Made by a program: the position numbers and the translations under genes
Source: Paragordius varius
Lineage: Eukaryota > Animalia > Nematomorpha
NCBI GenBank assembly: GCA_964247055.1
Contig: OZ176052.1
Span: forward strand, 5,208,001-5,272,000
Length of the DNA: 64,000 nt
Direction: 5' to 3'
Notes under the pieces: model-generated
What the model was told of the DNA's origin: nothing
Seen by the model: the letters and a program-made list of their open reading frames with translations, nothing else
The model's database searches: none
In this document: positions 49,571 through 64,000 of the stretch, piece by piece
Layout: each line of letters starts with the position of its first letter
How positions within the stretch are numbered: position 1 is the stretch's first letter

Positions 49571-52500
49571 TTAATTTTTTTCATCAAAAGAAACATCGAT
49601 TTGGACGAATGTTTCACTAAAAGTATCCATAATTGCTTTATCTCGTAATGAAAGAGTATGCGTAGGTGATGAGCCTGAATTAATAATGTTGTTGGAGATT
49701 CCATAGTTAATACTCGATTTATTTATTTTTTCTGTACTGGTAATATTCAATGAAGATTTACTATTACACCTAATTAAATGGGTAAATGTTGCAAATCTCC
49801 GTAAACTATTCATTTTGAAGGGAGAAATTTTTCGCACATTGGTATACAATTTCCCTAATGGCGTAACAATAATAAATCCAAAGAAGCGTTTAAATTTACT
49901 CCTAATCGGGACTCTCGTTGTGGAGGAGGATAGGATGGTTTGAGGCACTGATTTGCTGTTGTCGTTTGCCAAATATGAAACATTTTTGTCCCTAAAACTA
50001 GAGATTTTTAAAGTCGAAAAATCTAATTTTCTATTCGCTTTTTTGATAGGCGAAGATGGTGGGAATAGCAATTGGTGACTATGAACTTTAGTGACGTATC
50101 CACCCCACCGCAACTTATAAGTATTGTTTTTCCATTTTAAAACAGATGTGCTCAACGCTATAAAAAACAGGGGCAAAGCAGAAATTTCCCGGTATAGCCA
50201 AGCACATACGAATTCAGCCCGTGTAAAGGGTAGTTTATCATGCTATATTAGTAAATAAAAATCATAAAGACAAACGTAAAAACAAATTGCTTATATTTTT
50301 TTACAATATTTTGTGATCAACTATTTAATATTAGCTCTAAAAAATAGTTGTGTATTGTTAATTTACATCTCTCCCAAACAATAGGTCATAATAAAAAATT
50401 ATGGTCTAAAAATATGGTTCTTTAAAAACTATTAGTTTTTAGTTGGTTGTATATAAAGTGAAAAAATGTCTTAAAAATACAAATAAAGTACAATAGCTAT
50501 TTTTATCCCTTTTGTCAAAGAGAAAGAATGAAAATTGAACGAACGAAGGTTTTAACACTCGTCTGCTCGCACGGCAATCAAATTTATGACAGCAATTATC
50601 CGTTTATGAATGTAAAGCGTACAAATATATTAATTAAATGTATAAAAAGCCAAAAAAATTTACTTGTACAATTCTTAGTAATGTGTAATCAAGAATCAAC
50701 CATACAACACAATGGATTATGAAAAAGAGCACGCTATTCCAATCAAATAAGTAAAAAACGGCCCAACTATTTAAAAGGCCGAGAAGAAGGCATTCACTAA
50801 GAGGCTCAAAAAATATTGTAACGGGTTCCATCGCAAATCTCAATTTCGACCACCTATACATAAAACATGTTTTAAGCCACAATCACGTGAAATATTAAAA
50901 AATAGAAAAAATTTAAATTTTATCTGAATAAAATTCGAGGAACGGAAATTGTAAAAAGAAACATAAAAAATATAATAAAATTTGGTTAATTATCAAAAAT
51001 AACTACAATATATATATATAATCTCTCTGTACCTAATCAATCTCTCTTGAAAACTTCGAACACCCTTCCAGCAAAATCCACCGCTCATGATGTTTGGAAA
51101 GCAGACGGGCACCAATTTTAAATTCCGAATTAAACGTCGCGCACATTTACGTATTATACCGTTTTTTCGCAAAAAAAACTTATGGCGCATAGGGAGGGCC
51201 GGTAAAGGTGTCGATATTGGTTTATTCGCAACTTTATTAGATGTGGATGATGATATTGCAACATTATTTAATATATTTTTGCAGGGTAATGATGAAATGG
51301 TAGTGGGGTTGGGGTCGACATAATTGTTGCAGTTTTTATCATTGTTAGCTTTATGGGTAGATGATTTTGTGCTCCCACCGTGGTTGTTTTCTTGTTCATA
51401 CATGACATGTTGGAATTTTTGTTCATATAAATTTAAATCGGTGTCAATGATATTTTCATTTTTACCATTCTTAGGGTTAGATATACCATTCTGGTTGTGT
51501 ACTGTTATGTCAAAAACATCTACTATATCATTTGATGGCTTAATGTCTGTGACTGTTTGTGAGGAGCATGTAGTTATAGGAAGAGTATCAAATGTTAACT
51601 TTACAGTATCGTAGGTCGAAGTTAAGGGAGCATCTATTGCTATTCCAGGATTTTGAAGGGCCGGTCTCGTACTTATGCGGTGAGAGTAACCGGCTTGACG
51701 AACAGCCCGTGCCATGAAATAATCTTCAGCCAAATATTTGCCAAACATAGCTATCCCCCCAGGCAATCGATCAATCAATGATTTTCGAAACATGCTAGAC
51801 ATACCTGTGCAACAGTTAATGTGCAAGAAATCGGATACAAGGTAAATGCGGGCATGTGCAGTACCAAAATACACCTATAATAAAATAAATGGGACTTAAA
51901 TATGGGTAAATAAAATTTCTTAAAAATATTTTATATGCTATTGAACTTATAGTCAAAGTTAAAGTTGGGTCTGACCAACAATGAATAGATTCCATACAGT
52001 CATAATGATCGCTTTCAAACTTAACAGGCGAAAAATTTCGAAAATTTTACGCGATGTAAAAAATTATTATTTAATGTATAAAATTGATTAACAAAATTTT
52101 TTTGTGACATCAACCGATACAAAAATGCAAAATTTTTAAACTTTATAATGTTTTCGTCAATTGTTAGTCTATATATGATATTAAAAGTGTATAATTAATT
52201 AATTTAGTTCTTTTTTATTTGATTATAATAATATTTGCCATGGTAATATGTAGGGTTATGACCATAAAGGCGCTTAGAACGGTCATTAGCTTTGAGGTGT
52301 CAGCTAATCTAAGTCACAGCGAACTCATGATGGTATTTTAATTAGAAATGTGTTTTATTCACAGTTAACTATAATAATAATAATAATCTTTAGTGTAATA
52401 CTTAACTAATTTTATTGACATATTAAATATAGATTAAATATTTATTCTATAAACGTACAATGGAACATTTTTTTCACATATAAGGGAAAAAATTAAAAAA

Positions 52501-55500
52501 TTTGCGTTATATAAGGAAAAGAAAATAAATTTTCGTTCATTCATGTCAAAATAAAAGTGACCTTGTTACAGTTTTTGCAACAATTATGTATGAGGCAAAA
52601 AAGCGACAATAGAGCCAAAACAATTATAAAACCATTCGCAATGAAATAGCCATCAAGGAATACTGCGCATAAAATTGCAATATAATTTTTTTTGTTTCAT
52701 GATAATTAGATATAATCACGAACGTTTTTACATTTAGTTTTTATCAACACATAAAATTTCATTTAAAAGTAAGAAATCTTAAACAAAATATTAAAAAGGA
52801 CCATCATACCTTTTCCAAAATGGCTGAAAAGCCTTTCCTATAATCTGCGGTGAATGGCATTTGATGAACTAATCCAATTTTGGGTGTCATAGCATTGACC
52901 ATATCTGTAAGAGCATCTGGGAGCACTATATAAGTATAGCATTAATTTAGTCTTTTAAACAATTTTTTTGATTTTAGTCTCGTAAAAGTACAAATTATAA
53001 ATTTATGACAGTTTTTTTAAAACCTAAATATTTTGTGGTGATTTAAGAAATAATCTAAAATTATGTAGTTCATATGTTTCATTGACCTCTCAGATATATT
53101 AATAAGGATGAGCGTTTTGTTACTTGTGTAATTAGTTAATTGGTATATATTTTTAATAAAATATAAGGTTGTATATCATGATTGTCAGTCAAATTATCAA
53201 TTAACATGCAATAACACAAATAAATCAAACTGATATCCATTTTGAAACTAATGAAAACATAAAAATGACCTTAGCTATGCCTAAATGTATAGTGATATTT
53301 TATTATATGTCAGTTAAAAAAATATATATAAAAATTTATAAAATATGCGAGTGAAATAACTCCATTTCTTGCTATAACATCCGTAAATAAAAAAATTACG
53401 TGAGATAGATTAAACAAATACTATTACACACTATAAATTATGCAAATTAACTAAATATTAAACATATAAAGCATTCAATCTTATATATAAAACTCTCTAT
53501 TTTTTTCTTAAATAAATATACATGTATTAAAATAAAGTAAAAATGAAAGTATATAATAAGAAAAAATATTAATTATTCTGCATTTTTACTCATAATTCCG
53601 GCATCAGAGATGAGGATATATTCATATTTTGCTGCATTATAAGCCGGAAGCATATTGTTGATCTTGGCGTTGACTACGACCTCAGGACCACCTATAAATT
53701 ACAACACATTACATTGATATTATTTATTATTATTGTTTCGATTAAATAAAGTAGTACCTTTGATTACAAAAAATGGTTAATTGAATAGATAGAAAGAAAT
53801 AATTAGTTAATTGATTTAGTATTTGTCTGTGTTTATTAAATATATGATGTATGTGAAAAAATGCTAAAAACCTGTAAAAAGAGTTGCGTCAATATGAGGA
53901 TGTTTTTCCATTAAAGTTCTAACTAACTCAACGCATGGGTCCTTTGGGTCTTGGATACAAAAACATATTTCATACTAGACAAAATATTATTTATAAATTC
54001 ATTTTATATTAATGTTATACAGTATGAGCAAGTATATGATGCTAGAGTGTTATTAATTATTGCTGCATATAGCATATGCAGCAAAGAGAATTATTATTGG
54101 CTAATAATAGTAAAAAATGAAAAAAACAACCATAAGCCAATAATACTGCCCTTTGTTGTATATTTTATTTGGCAAAAATCATAACTTCTAACAATGTATA
54201 GTTATACTGTATATTATATTTATGAAATTATTAAAAGCCATAAACGATACAAAATGGTTAATAAACCTAATTCGTTATATTTTCCTAAAAAAATTTAAGA
54301 GTCTTAAATACACGTTTAAATTTTGATTGTAAAAAAATAATTTAAAACATGTGTAATCATTACAAGTAATTGTATTATATTCTAAAAATATTTCAAATAT
54401 TTAAACAAATGCTGAAGCGATTCTAACCAAAAACTTGTATAATCGTAAAAATTTCGAATGCAAAAAATATGTTTGCTATTTCATATACATAATAATTACG
54501 TTTATATTTTTGTACTTACTTCAAAACATGATAGAATATAATATTTATTATCAGACATACATACTTTGGCATAATCAAGATGAAAAAATGTTTCCAAATT
54601 ATATTCCAAATGTGTATCAATGCCAAGCAAAGGTTTAATTATCGATACCCCAGGACAAATATTTGTAGTAGATAAATGTTTATTATTAACTGAGGAATCA
54701 TTTCCAGATTCCGTTATAGGTATGGATACGGCAACTTCGTTAACGTTGTTTTGAAGAGTTGAAACTGATGAGGATGAAGATATAGAAATTATAGAATTTG
54801 ATATGGCATTGTCGTTTGATGACGTATTACTGAGAGGAGAGTGAGTGTCAATATTTAAAAGAAGGTTTTGAGACATTGAGACGGCAGGGTTATGGCCAGA
54901 AACCTAAAAAAGTATAATGTGATAAAAAATTTGTGCCTAAAATTTTTATGAATATGAAATAGATTAATTAAATGATGAATATTTTCCTTATCACTGTTTA
55001 CAAACATTTTAAAACAATTATAATATGTATGTGTAAAATAATTAAGAAATAATTCGAAAGATAAGCACAACTGAAATATTTTCAAATTAAGTTTCTAGTT
55101 TATAAGAGCCAATACCCATAAAAATTTAGGATGTGGAAAAAATCATTTATTACCAAAAATCTTAACAAACTCAAATAGCATATTTATGTTTATAATGGGG
55201 TAGTTTAATATTACAATTCACCTTATTTTCTAATTTACTTTAAACAAAATTAACAAACATTAAAATTTTTCTGTTTATATGTTTATATTAACCATGGATT
55301 CATATCCGACTACTTAATTAGAAAAAAGAACCAAATCAAAATCATTTGATTAAAAAACGATAAAAAACTTGACTGAACTTTTAAAAAATGTTTAACGGAC
55401 CAAAGACAAAAAATTAATTCGGAACCAGAAAAACGAAAATAATCATAGATAAAAAACAAAAAAATAATTTTAAAGGGACGTGGTAATTTTGCATGGGTAT

Positions 55501-58438
55501 AAGGTAATAAAACAAGATTGATGTTGATAGTATTAAAATAAAAAATTTATTTAAAAATTCAAACATCAATCATTCATATTCATCTAATATTATCCATTCA
55601 AATTTAATCGTATGCTTTTTTTGGTTTTACTTTTTCCTCCCTTTTTTATTTATAATTACCATATTTTAATTTTTACTAAATATTTTTTGTTTTCACTGTT
55701 ATTGAGTAAATATATGTTACTTGAATTTGTGTTGTAGTTGCGGCATATCGTTTAGCGTGATTGGTAACAGAATTATTATTAGAAAATTTAATTAATCTCG
55801 TTGTTTCATGGAGTTGTTGATGAGTTGTTAGATGATTTGGACCAGATACACTACCATTTGTATTACCCTTGAGGAGACACAATGCAGATGGGGCATAGCC
55901 ACCAGAAAGCGATCTATAATGTTGTTGATTGAATGACCCTGTAATGTTGTTAGCAGCTGTTGTTTCATGATTGTTAACACATGAAACGATATGATTATTA
56001 GCATTTTTGCTAATATCCTTGTTAATGTCAGATATAGTAATAGGGGGAATTTTTAAATAATGATCACTTGAATTAGGAATAGATGCGTGATAATGTTTAT
56101 TTGCACCCATAGAAAGACTCCTAGAATGAGTGGAATTCGTTATGAGTGATAAAGTTTTAACACAAGATTTATCATCGTTAGGTATAATTAAACCCTTTTC
56201 ATGCTGTTGTTTGCCGTGTAAATTAGCGACCGATATAGTGGGATGCGAGGTATCACAGTGTAAGCCAGATGCAAATGTATTTGCTTCATCTAGGGATAGC
56301 TTGAAATTGGGATTCGTAAATGAACCCAAATAATTTTCGGTAGAATCAATGTTATGTTTGTTGGAAGGAGTAGTATGAGTACATTGGTATGAAGTGGCAT
56401 TCGTTAAAGTGTCCAAACTTGGCGATGAAAGCAAATCCAAATTTGTCCAACAACCCGAATGGTGTTGAGGCTCTCCGGTTCTATTTTCGTTGTTATCAGG
56501 CGGCATTGCTGCACCATACTTGCTATCAGTCAACATATTTTTCATACAAACTGTTGAATTGATGAGTGATTGATCAATATGTGAATGAAGCTTACTAAAA
56601 TCATAACAGGAAATTGTATTGGGTTCTGCTTTGTCATACAAATTGTTTGTGGTTGGGTTCGAATTGCGACAACATAAACCGTTGTTTTGACGAGCACGGG
56701 GAAGTGCATATTTATTATGTATGGGCCGGTGTAAACGCCATTTCCTATCAATCAATGTTGAAATAAAAAATATGAAGTTTATGTAAAATACACAATAGGT
56801 CAAGTTCCACTTATTTTTAGGGTTATGTTTATATTTCTAAATATTTTTGTATTCACAAGTCTAGCAGCATAAGTTTGAATTTACATTGACTTTAAAGCCT
56901 AAAATGCTCTTATTCTGGTTGAAAAACCTAAACAGTAATACCCAACTTTAAAAAATAGATGTTTTAGACGAGTTCTCTAAAATATTTATCATACACGATA
57001 AGGCTGTACATCAATCCATTATTATTAATATGTAAAAATCTTAACTAATAAACACGCATAACAGTGCGCAATTATACTACTTGAAAAATATTTATTGTCA
57101 TACCAATATAATAATAGAATAATATCTTATAATTATATTTTTATGTACATGGTTGAAAAATCAATAAATGGACATATTCGTATAATATATATATGAAAAA
57201 CAACGTGTAGGCTAATATAAATATAGGAGGATATAGGACATGTGCATATATTAAAAATCTTCGCTAATCGCGATGTTCTCTTAATCGGAAGTCGGAATAA
57301 ACAAATTACTATGTTTATTTTTTTATGATAAATGCCAAAAATTTCCTTGAATAATATAAGGGATAAAAATTTAATATGTAATTTAATTTTATATGATACC
57401 TGAAATTTCTATATTCCTATTAGAAGGGTAAAATAAATAAAATGCCTCAATTTACCGTTTAATCCACACGTAAAAAAATAGCGGACAGAAGTAACCTTTT
57501 AGTTAAAAATATTTGATAGCCATATTATAAAATAAAATTTATGACATTAAAATCGGCCAGCGGTAACGTTTGATTAATCGCAAACTCTCTAATTAAGATT
57601 CTTGTTTGAAAAATTCAAAATTCCAAAAAAAAATTTTGTCTTTGATTTTGGGGTTTCATTATTAACCAAGGTGTACTTTTTATAATAAAAGTCTTAGTTT
57701 ACGTTACGATCGCATCACACCATCCCTATGTAAAGGGATTTTAAATTATATTAAATATTATTAACGAGTCATTGGATGAATCCAAAAATATTTAAAATGG
57801 TTATAAAATAGTCAAAGAAACAAGACAATATACATATAATTTAATGCGATATAATGTTGTATTTGCATATACAAAACAATGGCGCAATATAATTGGAAAT
57901 TAATTAAAAAATATTGTTAAAAAATATTTAAACCCATATCTTTTAAATATAGATAATAATTTATAAAAAAAAATGAATCATACTTTTTTTTATGTTACTT
58001 AAAAAAAAATAATTTTTAGCGGTATAATTGTAGAAAAAAATAAAAAGGTAAGTTAGGCGGTATTACAGATTACAAGGATCATCACGTAACATTGCCAATA
58101 TTGGATTTATAATTATCATTTAGATAAAATTTGGTTATATGTGCAGCTAAACAAATATTATTTTCGAAAGCAAAACTAAAAATTAGCTAAAAAAATTTAG
58201 GTTTGGTTAAACTTCTATATTATAACATCATTGAAGAACTTTTTTAAAAACTACATATTAAAAAATTATAAAAATATTAATTGGATTCATTGAATCAAAT
58301 CCCTAAAAATATTATCAAATAGATGTAATACCCATAAATCAAGGATAAAATATGCAATGACCAAACAAACCACCATCCAGCAAAAAGCAATAGAGATACT
58401 CCAGTAAGAATATAATTTAAATAAGAGTTTTCCCGCAT
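49571..58438 (-). CDS. UGCG: Ceramide glucosyltransferase (GT21); 9 exons (58438-58332, 56744-55721, 54903-54565, 53974-53872, 53691-53590, 52925-52810, 51874-51033, 50853-50664, 50242-49571), 1164 aa
   Basis: N-terminal TM ([15 protein letters not shown]), [102 protein letters not shown]; exon phases sum to 3495 nt in one frame. Confidence 0.93.
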
Positions 58439-58929
58439 TTTTTCAGGAAAGGCCCTTTATTAGGTCAAACAGCACCCGTAAATAGCTGTAAGTGATAGGA
58501 TATTTATTGCATACATTCATTGTTTAATGTGAAAATAATTAAATTTAATGCCAATAGCGCTGTTATAAGATTAAATTAATTTAATTTTAATATTTAAACT
58601 GGTAGTACTCACCAAATATTTAAATTCACACATATTACAGATAAATATTTCATAGCATTTTGACACATATACTGAAATAAGTACATAAAATTGTAAATAA
58701 GTGTCAATAAAAAAGCACTTTTTGGTTCATACAGCCGGTAGACCGCGGTTTAAACTGAGTTAACCTTTCTCTATTATATATTGTGTTTTTTATACATGAT
58801 GTTTATCTCAGATTTTGAATCGCTTTAAAACATATACTTTTGTTTCGAAATCAAAAATATTTTATAAAATTTTAGCATTTTTTTAAAATAAAATCCCAAT
58901 TTTTTTGTAGCATTATATTAAACAGTGTC

Positions 58930-60330
58930 CACAAAAATATAAGCTATTAAAATATATGTCTTCTGATAGGAAAATATATGAGATTTATAGTGATTTAAGA
59001 AAGTTATTTACATGTATAAGTGCTCCATATCAGAAAATGGCAAACGTACGATTTTTAAAAAAATTTGGTGAAATGTAGAAGCCTGCAACCAAAAAATGTC
59101 ACAAAAATATATTGTAAACTATATAAAAAGCAAACCAATTTTATAAAATTTAATTTCAGATGTGAGCTCCAAAGTCCCAATTTATGATCTAAGAAAGGCC
59201 AAAATTGCGGGATTGCGCAATAAAATTATTATATATATGCTAAATATTTATTATCATGTAAAAATATTTTTAAAAATGCATACATTTTTCCAAAATTAAT
59301 TTTTTAGCAAAAATAAAGTTCTATGATAGAAGTGTTCAGAATCAACAAATTATATAGAAAAGTGATTTTAATATTAGAGTGTTACACTTTCCACTATGCC
59401 TGAAAATAATATGAAACTTCAACAAAATATTCTAAAATTAAATTTAAAAAAATATGTTGTAAAAATGTTATTAGTTAATATCAAAATTTAGCATATATTT
59501 AAATTTTTATCCTGCAATGGCAGTTTTGCGTTTATATTTAGACTAGCTCATTTTAGAAGTGCGAAAAAATTTGTGACATTCGGAGTTCACATATAAAATT
59601 TAAATTTTTTTGAAAATATTTTTTTGCGTATTATATAGTTTATGGTATATTTTAGTGATATTTTTGGAAGAATCATTGCCATTCTCTAATATTGCCCTTA
59701 CAAAAAAAGTAAATAGTTTTCTTAACACTTCGATCCAATTGAGAGAGCTAAAATACCCAGATTATTTTACGTTAATTTTTAACTAAATTACTGAAAGAAA
59801 TAGTCTTAATTTAAATTAATGACTCTCTAATAAAAATATACACCGGAGTATCCACATAAAATTTATTGAACATATACTAACTAATTAGACACCGTTGTTC
59901 TTTTACAACATTCAAAATATCGTGTTTATTTGATTCTAATGCTAAAATTTAGTTAATTTTTTAATTAAATCACATCTGACATTTAAACAGAAAAGGGGGT
60001 TTATTTTTAAATTTAACTATATTACACATGTCATGTTGACTATATTTTTACATATGGGTATTACCTTAAAATAAGTAAAATCAAGTATTTATAAATGAAT
60101 TTTTTTATTATTTCTGGCTTATTAATTTTATATAAGTGCATAAATTTACCATAATTTCAATTCATTCCATATTTTTTGAAGCATCAAGTTTTAAGGCCTG
60201 TGGGTTATCTGAGTACCCCGATTTAAATCGAAGGACTGAAATTATCCAAGGGTTAAATCGCTCTAGGGCCAAAACCATAAAGACCATGATAATCCTGATT
60301 TTTAATATCAGAATATACATATAGGTTATT
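58930..60330. mobile_element. Long-TIR family B element interrupted by a nested piggyBac-like MITE; a further reverse arm lies at ~60350-60800
   Basis: Forward arm ~58940-59400; the reverse arm from ~59400 stops at TTAA 59722-25 and resumes after TTAA 60253-56. Confidence 0.7.
59726..60252. mobile_element. piggyBac-like MITE family A, copy 4 (nested)
   Basis: TTAA|CACTTCGATCCAATTG ... CCCCGATTTAAATCGAAGGACTGAAATTATCCAAGGG|TTAA. Confidence 0.8.
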
Positions 60331-62624
60331 TTTTGTTGACACTGTGTTATATTAAAATAGTGTTTTTATATCTTAAAGCGCTTTTTACCGTTTCCAGCAT
60401 GCGTAAAAATAGTATGTACTCTTCAACGTTGTGCTATAATTAATGTTTTTAACCAAAAAATCCAAATTTTAGATTTTTTAGTATCAAAGTCGCATATATT
60501 TAATTTTTTATCGCGCAATCTCCGCATTATGAGACCTACCATTTTAGAAGCGCAAAAAAATATGAAAAACTATTGATTTGCTTTTTAGGTAGTTTATGAT
60601 CTATTTTAGTGATATTTTGCGGAATAAGGCATTTAACTTTCCTCAAAAAAAATTATTTAAAAAAATGCTCAAATTTTGCCGTTTTCTGATATGGGGCACT
60701 TACCACTAAAGTATATAACCTTCCTAAATAACTCGTAGGGGCAAACCCAAAAGCACGGTCGCTATGCATTTTTCTAACAGAATTAATTCATCAGGATATT
60801 TTTTAACTTGATTTTAGACGTAAGAAAAATTAAAAACCTACCAATGAGGGCCTCTATATACCTTGATCTAAAAATTTTAAGCTTAGATATCCGGTATTCA
60901 TTTAATTCCACAACTACTTCGCCTATTTTTGATACCAATAAATGGAACAATAGCAACAGCAGAAAAAATGCCTTAATGGTAAATTGAACAATTTTTTTTG
61001 ATTCGGCATTCCCTTTTTTAGTTAATTTTTTGCCTTCAGGTTGAAATCAGGGGTTCCCAACACAAATGGCTTTGCCGGCCGCATTTTTGAATCAAAAAAT
61101 CTAGGCCGCATTTGGAAAATATTTTATTAAATCTTAAACCTAGTAAAAATTACAATTTATTTTAACATTTTTTGCTATTTCATTTCCGAAATTCGAAAAG
61201 TTTAGAAAATTTGATTAATTCTATAAACATCGGCAAAAAATGACATATCATATATTATGTTCAAATATAAGAATTCAAGAATAACGCAATTAATTTTAAT
61301 TATATTTCGTAATTTTGAATTTTTCACGTGCACTTAAACGTGAAGCGCATGCGCGCCTGTTGTACACCCTAATGTTATAGATTATGAAAATAATTGAGTA
61401 TTGATGATAAATTTTGAATATATCGCTAAAACTATGTAAGAAATAAGGATTAATAAATAAAAATGATTTTGCGCCTTGTTATAAAATCCATTGTGTACAC
61501 CTTAGATCAATAAAAAGGATTTTACAGTATTAATAAGTATACATTGCTTGAAAGTTATTAATTATTGCCAAATAGAATATACAACAAAGGGCAGTATTAT
61601 TGGCTTATAGTTATTTTTTCACTTTTTTACTATTATTAGCCAATAATAATTCTCTTTCCCGCATATGCTATTTGGCAATAATTAATAACTTTCTAACAAT
61701 GTATACTTACTCATACTGTAATATAAATGTCAATTTTTTGATTCGTATATTTGATGTCATTCGAAAGCTGACACGGCATCAATGTTGAAAATTAAATGGT
61801 TTTGGGCCAAAAAATAAGTTTTATATGGTCAGTAAAAGCGGATTTTCTATAGATATGATTAAATAAATTTATAAAAATGTTCAAATTACCAACTTCAAAA
61901 ATATGTCCGGAATAACGTAAATAGCGCATAAATTATGCTCTAATGCATTTAGGTCCTGTACTCTATTAAGAAATCATATACCAAAAATTATTTTTTATAT
62001 AAATTGATGAAATATTAATAATATACCATTTACAATTCAACCCTCGAACAATTTAAATTTACCCTCAAATAAATTAAATGTTTTTTAAGATAAAAAATAC
62101 CTAAATTTTATATATTCAAAAAAAAATTTTGTTTTAAATTAAACCAATATTAAAAAAATAATAAACTATGCCATTTCATATTAATGAGTTATAATCATTA
62201 GTTTCTCATATTGCTTGTTTAACGCTTTTAAAAAAATAGGGCTCACATCAAAATTATTTTTGTAAGATTACGTGTACATATGATATAAATACAACATGTC
62301 CTGTAAACCCAATTATTTTACGATTTCCGATTTTATCAAAAGTACTAATGTTTAGGATACAGCCTGAAAGTTGCGACTTTCAAAAATAGAGATAAGTTTT
62401 TTCACGAATATATAACGGTAAACAATTAAAAACTTTGATTATATTCAAATGTTTAATTATAGATTTTATCAATTTTTTTATTTAAAGCTTGTGTGCGATT
62501 AAAGAGTTGCGCATTTTTTTAATAAAGAGAGTCGATTGTATCTTCGCGTATGATACAGAATTAAAATATTATAGATAATTTATTTTTTCGTATAATAATC
62601 AAATATGTAACATTATTGTTATAA

Positions 62625-64000
<1,376 letters not shown>

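Noticed and set aside
60136-60324. 62-aa plus-strand ORF
   Set aside because: Spans the end of a piggyBac-like MITE and the flanking family B arm.

Overview
Very AT-rich eukaryotic (metazoan-type) genomic window; the taxon cannot be fixed from the sequence. Eight host genes were reconstructed by hand across introns: a Tiki/TRABD2 metalloprotease (5' part, minus), Gemin6, a DDHD1-type phospholipase A1, a NAP1-like histone chaperone, an orphan secreted protein, a trypsin-type serine protease, a ceramide glucosyltransferase (UGCG) and the 3' part of POLR3A. Intergenic and intronic DNA is packed with non-autonomous TIR elements (piggyBac-like TTAA, hAT-like 8-bp TSD, TA-flanked and long-TIR foldback families) plus one RTE/BovB-like LINE 3' fragment. 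Main highlights: (1) a 3.7-kb Chapaev3-type (CMC; Transib/RAG1-related fold) transposon with ~700-bp near-identical inverted arms and a TAA TSD, whose transposase, missed by the ORF track, keeps its D-D-E and CxxC/HxxxxH residues, is split by 21-, 24- and 27-nt introns and is broken by only one frameshift in an A8 run; (2) several canonical GT-AG introns of 21-27 nt (one candidate of 19 nt) alongside kb-size introns, with all four 3n micro-introns containing an in-frame stop; (3) conserved enzymes inflated by hundreds of Asn/Ser/Thr-rich residues (UGCG model 1164 aa vs 394 aa in human). All homology calls come from recalled family motifs, not database searches; exon models are manual.
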